DNA of 63,346 nucleotides, the filler included, from Octopus bimaculoides (lineage: Eukaryota): NCBI RefSeq assembly GCF_001194135.2. It is 4 parts of 4 records of this genome, joined end to end, with 100 filler letters (N's around TTAATTAATTAA, not from the genome) between each part and the next. Parts side by side here need not be neighbours in the genome. Positions count along the whole stretch, not along the records: positions 30,368 to 56,690 come from NC_068990.1; positions 56,791 to 63,346 come from NC_068985.1; 2 more parts are not named here. The stretch is one strand, 5' to 3'. Below, in pieces: positions 52,816 to 63,346 of the stretch (the stretch's first letter is position 1; each line of letters begins with the position of its first letter). Both the position numbers and the translations under genes were made by a program. The notes beneath the pieces are model-generated. The model made no database searches. It worked only from the letters and a program-made list of their open reading frames with translations, and was not told the origin of the DNA.

Positions 52816-54484
52816 GACTGGGCAACAAAAAAATTTTTTTGTCTGATGCCTGGAATATTTCAATGAATTCATAAGTGAATTTGCCTGCTAAATTCAAAAA
52901 TAACTTCAGTTTTTCTCTATCATGTCTCGTTTTCTGACTAGACCTGATAGAGTAAGTATTTTATTCATCCGAGAGGCATATAATATGAATCAATAAAGAG
53001 AGCGCAACACAAAACAAAACAAAGTATCTTGTTTTAAACACCAACAACAGTCTGCCATCATCACAGTGTCCCAATGTCCTTGGTACTGAGTTTCCATCTC
53101 CTTGATGTCCTGATGGAATTGTTTGCTTTGTTCATGGCTAACATCTCCGAAATTTTCAGGAAAACGATCAAGATGACTAAAAAGATCATGCATTTTGATG
53201 TTTATATTCACGCCAGTATCACAAAAAGTTGATACCAAGTTGGTAACAAGGTGGTTATAGTTTTCACTTTTGTGTTTGCCAAGGAAATTTTGCACTACTT
53301 CTGCAAAAGCTAGCCAAGCTGATGCTTCATTTTCACGCATTGTTTTCATGAAATTTGTATCCTTCAAGAGCTTATGGATCTGTGGTCCATCAAAAATCCC
53401 TGCGTTAAGTTTTTCAATTGTCAAGTCTGGAAATACACTGCAGATATACTTGAAGCACTCCCCATTTTTGTCAAGAGCTTTGATGAATTGCTTGATCAAT
53501 CCTTGTTTGATGTGCAAAGGGGGGAAAATGATCTTATCTCGCTCAACTAAAGGTTCTTCCAATATATTGGCAGCTCTACATGGACCCATATTTATTTGAG
53601 GCAGCCAGTCTTTCTTAACATAATGGTTTACTCAGTCTATACTGTCCCACATGCAAAGAAAGCATGGGCATTTGTACAACCAGATTGCCATCCCATGAGA
53701 AAATTCACCATCTTTAAGTCAACACAGATGACCCATTTATTATTATGATACAGTATCTTCTATGAAGCCAACTTAATTTCTTCATATTTTTCCTTCAGAG
53801 TTTTTGAGTGGCCGAGTGTGCAACAATAAACATTTTGAACTATGCTTAGTGCTGTCTATAAAAAGACACCATTCCTCTGGTTTGTATTCCTCAATGCCAA
53901 GTTTGTTAAGAAGCCCACTGACATCTCTGCAGTAAACCAGCTCTTCCTCTTTTGTGAAGAAAGAAAGGAACTCTTCATGCTGACTCTGTTGAAAGGTTAT
54001 ACAGACACCATTCTCTAGAAGATTCTTCTCTTTCAGTCAGGAAGCCAACAGTTCTGCAGAATTTTTGGGGAGGTTCAAGTCATGAACTAGATCACTCAAC
54101 TCTATCTGAGAGAGCAGTTGAGGTAAAGTCTCAACTGCAAAGTCTTGATCTCTAATGTCATCTTCGGGTGATGAATCTTCTTTGGTTGAGGGTAAAGTTT
54201 CTGCAGCAAAACATTGAAGACAGGAACAGGAAGCTCTTCACTGTGTAGAACCAGTCTTATAGCAAAGGCAAGATTAGGATAAACAAGTGTTTGTCAATTT
54301 TTTTCCGGTTAATACCCTTCAAATTTAGGTTACAAAAATAGCAGTCGCCACGTGATTATAAGGCTCAATAACTTAAAAACTAGATCTAATAGGTCAAAAA
54401 GAAGGTTATATTTGTATTCAGGAGAGCGATTTTGTATAGGAATGATGTCTATTGTCTAAAAACCAAAAACCTTGTAGACCAGTG
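52816..54484 (-). mobile_element. Chapaev3 (CMC superfamily) DNA transposon, 5'-deleted and frameshifted transposase
   Basis: Termini (G)ACTGGGCAACAA / TTGTAGACCAGTG, with TTA on both flanks (3-bp TSD). Motifs: GDCYFC; ELSDLVHDLNLPKNSAELLAS; WCLFIDS; WVICVDLKMVNFL; PPLHIKQGLIKQFIKAL; GIFDGPQI; KMHDLFSHLDRFPENFGDVSHEQSKQFHQDI; MMADCCWCL. Confidence 0.85.
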
Positions 54485-56039
54485 TTATAAACTGATTAAA
54501 AGATATAAAATGATTAAAAGATACACATTATTTTACAATTGTTGTTGTTGCTGCAGGTCGGTCTTGAACAAATAGACTTATGCCTGAAAAATGTTCCATC
54601 TATGACCATTCCATCTTTTACTGACACATTACACATGTGGGTTTATATTATCTGGCTTGTTTTTCTCTTCTTTTAATGGTGGGGTGTCATTTGATGATGA
54701 TTTTGTTGCTATTTCTAGCAGGTCAAGCAACTGTTTAAAGGCTGAACAATAAGTTAAGTTGGTAGAGCATCAAGAACAGAAGAACATTGTCTGGTGCCAA
54801 TATTAGAAATCATTAATTTACAGTAGACTGGCAGAAAGAAATTGTAAATGGTGATCAAAATGCCATGTGGTAGATCCAACCCTTTATATTTCAAGTTCAA
54901 ATTTAGCTCAGGTCACCCTCAATGTTTATTCCTCTGGAGTTATTGAAATAAATATCATTTAACCCTTTGTTTAAAGGGTTTACTCAGAAGAAAAGAATCA
55001 ACACCTCTGAATGTGGCTTCAATGGAGGATGAAAGTGATATACTTGTACTGAGGTTGTTTGGTGCTTGTCTGATGATGTTAGATAACACTGTGTAATTTG
55101 GTTTTTATCCTTGGGTAGCAACTGCTATTTCCTATTTGCTTACCCTTAGAAAGTATGAAACGTGGTTAATATTTCTATCAAACTTTGCTTTTGTTACATT
55201 TATTCAAAGCCCAAACAATCCCTCTCAACATATTGACTGTTATGCTCCCCCACTACTCCTGCTCATGATCAGAAAAACACATAGTCAGCTCATGATCAGA
55301 AAAACACATAGACATGCTCAAGTGGTTATGGTCAAGCAAGTGACAAGCAAATCTGTGGTATTGAGCAGAATATTTTCTATAACAATATTTATGATTCAGC
55401 AACTCAGCACTGAATCAGTCTGAAATGGAAAATAAATTAGTTTCAAAACATTGATGTCCAGATCACAAAAGCAAAATTTGAAGGTAATAGTAGTAATACT
55501 TCTGATTTCTAGATAGAATCAAATCGGAAATAACACTTACTGACCAAAGACAAAAATAAATAAACTAATTAAAATTTTGTTACACAGTGTAATTTGATTT
55601 TACATGGATATATAATGAGGTGGTTTTTTTAGTTATTGAATGGATCACATGAAACTGCTGATAAGTCAGACATAACATCTAAAAACTTTGCTTTTGTCAG
55701 ATCACCTTCAACATTCACCTTCAATGATTTATTTCCTGGGTGTATCAGCTTCCCACTCACTCCAAAAATCATAATCATGAGTTCATTGACCCGTGTTATG
55801 CTGTACTGATGTTGTTAAATGAAGTTTCTATATTTTGCAGTGGGAACAATCTTACCAACTCACAGATTTCTGCACCATCATAACATCAAAGTCACCTTCT
55901 TCACTCTTCCTAATCTGGAATGCATCCTCAGTAAAAGGGGTTGATCTTCATTCATACAATAATGATCATTAGATGGTATTCTATGAAGCCCATTTGTTCT
56001 TTTCCACATTGTATAGCATTTCAGGGAAGGTCTTGAATT

Positions 56040-56500
56040 GGACATGAGTGATAGTCAATAGAGGCTAATATGCACCACTGGATGTGCAATGTAAGTGTAC
56101 ATGCATGACAGAGTGCTTGGGTGATGAAAGAAAAGTTAGGCATAAGAGGAATTATATGCAGTTTGTAAGAGAGAAGACTGTGCTACCATGGTCACGTGAT
56201 GCAGATGGATGTCAACAGCTCCATAAAGGAGTGCTGATCACTCAAAGTGGATGGAACTCATGAAAGAGGGAGATCCAGGAAGACATGAAATGAAGTACTG
56301 AAAGATGATCTCAGAACACTGAACTTCATGGAGGAGAGGACAAAGGACTGAGATGTCTGTCACTTTGCTGTACTCAAGAAGACCTGCCACTACCCCTGCT
56401 GAAGAGAAATGGCCTACAAGAGCCATGTGCCAGTGCCATGTAAAAAACACCAATGCAAGCACCATATAAAAGCACCAATGCTGGTGCCACATAACAGCAC
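56040..56500 (+). mobile_element. Old RTE LINE RT C-terminus and partial 3' UTR
   Basis: WMCNVSV...KEKLGIRGI...ERRLCYHGHVMQMD...RSRKT*NEVLKDDLRTLN; homologous to 34869-35150. Confidence 0.85.
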
Positions 56501-56690
56501 CAGAGCCTGGCTGATAACTGATGAGGAATTTGTGACCATGGTTTGTTCTCTGTGTGTCTGTGCATTCAGAGCATTCAGTAAGTCTTTCTGTCCCTTTGTT
56601 TATTACAATATGATTTGACTTCTGAAAATATTATTCACTTAATGCAATGCACTCCTTATTTTGACCAATATATATATATATATATATATA

Positions 56691-56790
56691 NNNNNNNNNN
56701 NNNNNNNNNNNNNNNNNNNNNNNNNNNNNNNNNNTTAATTAATTAANNNNNNNNNNNNNNNNNNNNNNNNNNNNNNNNNNNNNNNNNNNN
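56691..56790. other. Artificial scaffolding linker N44-TTAATTAATTAA-N44
   Basis: Same 100-bp structure. Confidence 0.95.
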
Positions 56791-57095
56791 ACAAAGACCT
56801 GGAAATAGAGATAACTCGAATGTGGAATCTAAAAACAGAAAAAATTCCTATCGTAGTAGGTGCCTTAGGTATAATAAAAAAGATATTCAGACAAATACAT
56901 AACAAAAACACCAGGACTTACAAATATATATAACATACAGAAAATTGCACTACTGGGTACTACACACATTCTACGCAAAACACTTTCAATGCAGTAAACA
57001 TAAGAGCATCACGGCAAACCACAGCACATACCCAAGGCGCACAGAGCTGCGCTCGGTAGTGAAGTGAAAGCACGTTATAAAAATAAAACTAATGA
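56791..57095 (+). mobile_element. Dong/R4-clade (restriction-like endonuclease) non-LTR retrotransposon 3' end
   Basis: KDLEIEITRMWNLKTEKIPIVVGALGIIKK / YSDKYITKTPGLTNIYNIQKIALLGTTHILRKTLSMQ* (one frameshift; stop at 56995-56997). About 100-nt 3' UTR with a GCGCA..GCTGCGC hairpin, followed directly by (AAT)n. Confidence 0.82.
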
Positions 57096-57120
57096 ACAAT
57101 AATAATAATAATAATAATAA

Positions 57121-57305
57121 CAACAGCATCGAAAAATACCTTAGGAATGAGAAGCCAGTTTCGAAATTTTCCCAAGACACCTGATGAAGGGTGGAGTGTA
57201 TATCAGCCGAAACGTTGTGTTAACAACAAACAAGATGAGGACAAATATCCGTCAAATGTAATTAATGTAAATAATGTATGTAATTCCTCATCTCTTAAAT
57301 ATAGA
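57121..57305 (+). mobile_element. 3' half of the family 3 (hammerhead-tail) SINE
   Basis: Near-identical to 19504-19660 (caacagcatcgaaaaata...cccaagacacctgatgaagg...aattcctcatctcttaaatataga). Confidence 0.85.
57176..57221 (+). ncRNA. Minimal type I hammerhead ribozyme motif (Penelope-type)
   Basis: GACAC-CTGATGA(57181-57187)-A-GGGTG..CAGCC-GAAA-CG-TT-GTGTT. Palindromic ACGT helix III and GUU cleavage triplet; one mismatch in helix II. Confidence 0.7.
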
Positions 57306-57929
57306 TCTGCTTTCTTGTTGTTATAACCTGAAATCATTATTAAAGTGGAATTCATCGTTACTACATAATTCATTAAGACAGTGACCTGTCAGAAAACCTT
57401 GCACCCCGCACAAACTACTTAGCGACATTTCACCTACCATTTCCAAGTTCAAATTCTACAGACGCCGACTGCGCCCTCCATCTTTTCGGGTTCAATAAAA
57501 TAAGTACCAGCCCTGCACTGGTGCCGATCTATTCGATTACCTCCCTGTCACTAAATATAAGGCATTGTGCTTGTACTAAAGCAGATTATATATTTTAATG
57601 CACCCTCTAGGTGCAATCCTTTCATATTAACATTATGTATGTAACAGAGAAAACGCATACTACATTTAGGTGGTCAGATGTTCAAAGTTTTGATTTACTT
57701 GAATCGAATGTGGTGGTTATAATTCTGTATCGACAAAAACTAGAATTGATACCTAATTCTGTAAACGAAATCTGTGCCGTCATGTATTGAAAATCGATAA
57801 ATTTATGTTCATCCCATATCCAGACGTGTATGTGTAATGAAGTGTGTTTTTAAATGGTCTCGCTTCATATGACAGATATTTAGGCGTTGTGTCTAAAGAG
57901 CTAGTATGTGTGTGTAGGTGTGTGTATGT

Positions 57930-57969
<40 letters not shown>

Positions 57970-60900
57970 ATATGTATATGATAGCCATCGTGATCTTACA
58001 AAAATGATAGAAATGATTTAATTATCTCAAGCAGAAAAGACTTGATGTATGTTAAATAAATTTACTCTAAATGGCAAAAGAAAAAGAAGAAAGAACACAA
58101 GATGAAGATTAAAGTTAGAAAATAAACGGATCATTATCAAATAAATTGAACAGTACAACAAAAATACAAAATACAGAAACTAAACTGATAAAATATGATG
58201 TAAAGGACGCAGGAAAAATAGTTGAAGGCAAAATATAAAAAAAATAATCAGCTTTAAAGTTGCAATGAGAAATAATTCCATTTAATCACCAGATAATTTT
58301 GAAAAGTTAACTTGGCAAAGTATGTTACTTTTTCTCTGAACAGTCAATAACGCTAACACAGCCAACGTTGTTTGACCGTCTTAAAACACATGAAATATAA
58401 CACTTAAAATAATACGACCAAACACACGTGCAAACACAAAGCCAAACAGATAATGTTAACACACACACAAAACACAGGTATATACATACAGATAGAAAAC
58501 ACAACAGTCTATTCTAGCGAAAAGAATATAAAAATATATAACAGAATAAAATTCACGAGTTACTTGCTCATAAAACTTTTCACTAAAATTAATTCTCTTT
58601 ATAAAAATAATTAAAAAATAAAGAATCTTGAACTGCCAATATTTTTTTGGTAATTTCTATTGGGTTTTGTTATGTAATTTTTAGAATTCATTTTTCCCTG
58701 CCGTTGTTTTAATTTATAGTAGAATATATTATTTCTTTATTTATTACAATTATTTATTCGTCGATGAATACAAATTTGAAATTTGCCTTCTCTTTCTTTA
58801 GACGAAACATCTGAATGTTAAACTTAATATATTCCATTTCCTCATTCTAATAGTTTTTATAGTCATGATTGATATTTCATTATTAATACATTATACTTTG
58901 TGCTGTCATTATCGTCATTATTATTATTATTGTTGTTGTTGTTGTTGTTGTTAATATCATGATTATTAGATTCGTATTTTTTTTTTGTTCAAGTTTCTCT
59001 TCTGACCTTTTGTTGCAACAACATCCAATTTTTCAAGAAACAAAAACATTAACAATTCAAATTACAAATAAACGAATTTTATTTTCGAAATGCTATCCCC
59101 ATTTTTGAAACGGGTAACATACTCGAAGCTAAAAGGAGGACACAACAACGAGTTCCTGCTGGTGGCTCAACCTTTAGATAAAGGCAAGTTGTGGAAAATC
59201 GTCACTAGTTAGGGAGTATGAATTAAAAACAATATCTCTCTGGAAGAGGATGTGTACAAATAAATGTCTGAAGAAAAAAATTCTATGTAGCGTTCATACA
59301 TACTTTTGAACCGTGTTGCTTTACCCGTGTATCTTGTTCAAGATTTGCTGATTAAAAAAAAAAAACCATGCGGCAGATGAAAAGTGCTTGCTTTCTAATT
59401 TAATCATCTCTAGCTGTTTGCACGTATCCTTTGATCTGCTGATGTAATCATTGATTGATGTTCATTGAACGTTTTCATTGATCACTTTCTGGAACTATAT
59501 TTGTTGGTATCTGGCCAGAATTGGCAATAATTGATCAATGGGCTGAAAATTAATTATCGGTCAGAGGCCAGCGATTTTATTCTTCATTTATATACGTCGA
59601 AATATAATCAGTGGCTACTTGACCGGAATCGCAATCAGAGAAAGGTATTGTTGGTCAAACAGCCCAAAATTCCAATCAATACTGAAAAATCCCAATCACT
59701 AATATGACAACTGACCAGAAATCCTAATCATAAATCACTTCACTTCTAAATCCCGAAAATTGAAAATCAGATTCGGATAGCTTGATTAATCGATTTGACT
59801 TAATACTCTAAGGTATGTTTCTAGAATTCGGTCATGCCTTACATTTAGCAGAGTTTTATGACAGAGATATAATATACTGGATTTAATAAACCATATTGTG
59901 TGGTACCATAGACATGACGGTCAGCTCCTTTTGAAGAAATGGTTTTAAGATGGTAACGCTTTGAATATAGCAATTGTTCAATACAACAGGCAAACACCGC
60001 CATTGCTGTGAGTGTTGCAGAACATTGAATAATATTACATTAGAAGTCAGTTCTACCTAATTCTGTTGCACACATTCGGTTTAATCTTGTTGAACATAAT
60101 CTTACAATGTGCATGTTCTTGCATTGAACTAGAAACTGGTTGACATGACAGCAAATAGATAAATCTGATAATATTTTCCCCTGAAATATAAGAACATATA
60201 AGTAAAATTGTTTCGTTTTAAATTAAGGATTCTGTAGTTTGCTGCTTCCCAACCACATGGTTCGTGGTTCAGTTCTCACTAGGGACTCCTTGTACACGGG
60301 TTTTCTAGTAATTCGTTACAGGCCGAAGCTAATGATATATTAATTTTTCATAGCAATATGTAAGTGTAACAATCGACATTATAATCCCACAACTACAAAT
60401 CGATATTACCTATTTCACATTAGAATTCAATTTAATACCGTAAAAGTCGATTCATTTGTATTCGGCACTAATAGGAAGATGTGTAGAATTGTAGTTGGAT
60501 TCAGTTTCCTTCCTAATGCTGTATCTGAATTTTTCTGACATCATCAGTGTTTAAAATTCCTTATTGGTAATAACGTACAAAATAATCCATGCTTTTCGCT
60601 CCTCAATATTAGTGATTTCATTTTCCTGATGACTTCCCAATTTTATGTTATGTTGTAACATAGAATAAATACACGCACGAGTGTAGAGCAAAATTTCAAA
60701 GGAAAACATATTTACTATATCATAAATTATGCTTGCTTAATAGGTGAGAATTATTGCCGCAATCATGTTTGAGCTCAAAACATTGTGCTATTACATGTTA
60801 GCCATTCATTATCATTCACATAAATCTACAACACAATCGGTATTATTATGAACATATTAAGAAAACATTGCCATCTTAAATAAGGCAGCGAATGCTTAAA

Positions 60901-61875
60901 AATATAGAAGCACAAACCAAAGCACCAACGGCTGTTGTTCCGACATCCAAAACAATAGAGAAAAGCATGTGCTAACAGAAATGCATGATGTCAAATTTAT
61001 TAAATACTGCGTTGTTACAACCAAAGAAAAACAACAATCAAATATAACATGAATTTTGCCAGAATAAAAAAAGTAAATCAACATTCCTAAAAATACGAAC
61101 CTTTATTCCTTTCCCAAACCCTTGGATTCGAAAATGCTAGGATGCAGTGAATGTTTAAATAAACCAATGCAGGCATTGAATGCTTTTTGGTTATGCGTCT
61201 TTTTGATTAGATTTGCTTTATATAAGTTGGAATTAAATATTTCCATAACAACAGTTTTTCTGTCGTATTCTAGGCACTTTATATAATACAATAATATGCA
61301 AATTGTACGCCAGTTGTTTGATATCGCTTGATATAAAGTTAATACTGAGTGTTTGTCGAATCATATGAAAATGATTATTGTCTAGAATCTCGAAACTTCA
61401 GCCTCTACAGATACGTGCAATATTATAATACACATATGCAATAGAACATGTCTTAATTGAGAAAGAGTTGGTAAAAATCTACCTGATCCTATTCATTTGG
61501 GCCACCTCGTCTCTCGACCATTTAAACTTATTTATAGACACAAATACACACATGCATATTTTCTTTTTTATATTTACTGAGTTTGAAACTGATGATCGTT
61601 GCTATGGTAGAGCAACGCCAAATCGTCACATGTTCAATAGTCACACACTTTCAATAGTCACACACGTGAATTTGGCATTCTGTAATTCAAGGAAATGATA
61701 TTGCTGCACACATTTGTGTGTGTGTATATATATATATATNNNNNNNNNNNNNNNNNNNNNNNNNNNNNNNNNNNNNNNNNNNNNNNNNNNNNNNNNNNNN
61801 NNNNNNNNNNNNNNNNNNNNNNNNNNNNNNNNNNNNNTATATATGCACACACACACACACATGCATACATTTATA

Positions 61876-61909
<34 letters not shown>

Positions 61910-62718
61910 CATACACACACATTTATATACACACACACACATATATATATATACACACATAGACACACACGTATATCTACATATATATAACATTGTTTTC
62001 GTTCCAATTTAGTGGATTCTGTTTCTTCGCTGAGTTGATCTAAAGAAAGCGAAACAACTATGGTCTTTTCTGCACGTGATTAAAGATGGCATCCACTCAG
62101 GTGTTGTATATTCTTCATTGATGAACATGAATAAATGAAGAAATATATTCATTCACCGTTTCTATATTGTAAGGAAAGTTAGGGACATGTCTTATATATC
62201 TGTTGGTGGTATTTAATAACATCAATACGTTTATCTGAATCTCTAGCATGACTCACAATCACTGAACACAAATATATTACCACAAATCTCCCATGCGCAT
62301 ATCTACACATAGAAACAATTATGAAAACCCGCATAGTGTTATATTTTATCTGCATATTTATGTCCTCTCTTTTAGATATAAACTTGATTTCAAATATGCA
62401 AAAGAATTGAATTAACTTGCTGCATTATAGATCCCACTGACAGTTCATATGTCAAGATGACAGAGTTTCTGAAAATGTCAAAATATCGATTTTAAATGTA
62501 TCTGTTTTAGAAGAAACCGTAGAATTTGGTAATTGTTTTCTTACATCAGTGGAATAAAATATACTTAATGCATTCTTCTTAAAAAGTTATAATATCGCAA
62601 ATAGTGATCAATATATGCATACACACACATACACACACGCACACATACGCACACACACGCACCCATACGCGCACACACACACACGCACATGCACACCTAC
62701 ACATATATACATATATAC

Positions 62719-62990
62719 GGGCACACAGCTTTTGATATCCTCCCACAAAATCTGAGAGACTTACTACATGCGTTGGATGTAGGCGTCCTCAAAGCAAAAC
62801 TGAATCACCTGTTGTCAGGATTTCCGAACGAACCTACCTCGGGGTAAGAAACGCAGACGAGACCAGCAGCATGAAACTCCCTCATCCACCAAATGGTCCA
62901 CATCAGAAGGTCTATAGTGAAAGTGTAGCAAAGTAAGCAGTGATGCTCCAGCGTGGCCATATCTCTCAAGCTGAAACGAGGAAGAAAATT
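62719..62990 (+). mobile_element. CR1-like LINE 3' end
   Basis: FDILPQNLRDLLHALDVGVLKAKLNHLLSGFPNEPTSG*ETQTRPAA*NSLIHQ (PDEP...SNSLxHQ-type terminus). The tail ccagcgtggccat...gctgaaacga is shared with 51725-51780. Confidence 0.72.
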
Positions 62991-63346
62991 TATATATATA
63001 CATTTACAATTAAACCTTGGGAGAGGCATTATGCCGGTAATAAACACACGCACTGGTTCAGTCCTTTATTAATTTATATAGTTTTTTGTTAAATTATTTC
63101 ATTGCACTCTTGCAATCTCTTCAGTAACTTGTCTCTCCACTTCCATTTATTTTGAATATATGATCTGGCGTTGTTTTGGCGTTGTTTCGAAACTGTTTGG
63201 TATGAGCATGTGAGTGTGTGCAAGCTCGTATGTGTGCACGCTCATATGTGTGCACGCACTTATGTGTTCGTGCTTATATGTAAGTATGTGCGTCCATATG
63301 TGTGTTTGTAACAATTTCGTTTATATCAGATCAGATAGAGACTTTT

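Overview
AT-rich, microsatellite-dense eukaryotic genomic DNA. The repeat families (tRNA-derived SINEs, RTE LINE 3' ends with (GAT)n tails) resemble those of Octopus; this is my inference and was not database-checked. I recognised no host protein-coding exon, rRNA gene, true tRNA gene or CRISPR array. The window is a graveyard of mobile elements. LINEs: RTE, RTE-BovB-like, CR1-like and Dong/R4. SINEs: at least three tRNA-headed families. DNA transposons: mariner, Tc1, DD37D/maT, Chapaev3, FLYWCH-MULE, hAT- and piggyBac-like MITEs, and Helitron ends. Three identical artificial 100-bp linkers (N44-TTAATTAATTAA-N44) split it into four blocks that alternate between CpG-poor and CpG-rich. The most interesting element is a tRNA-headed SINE-like element (19384-19665). 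It carries an internal (AAT)n tract, a minimal Penelope-type hammerhead ribozyme in its tail and an inverted hairpin at its 5' junction. A second copy of its tail (57121-57305) lies directly behind a Dong/R4 retrotransposon 3' end, which appears to have inserted into the SINE's (AAT)n tract. Most ORFs in the supplied track are microsatellite artefacts. Element boundaries are read by eye and are approximate unless TIRs or TSDs are quoted.
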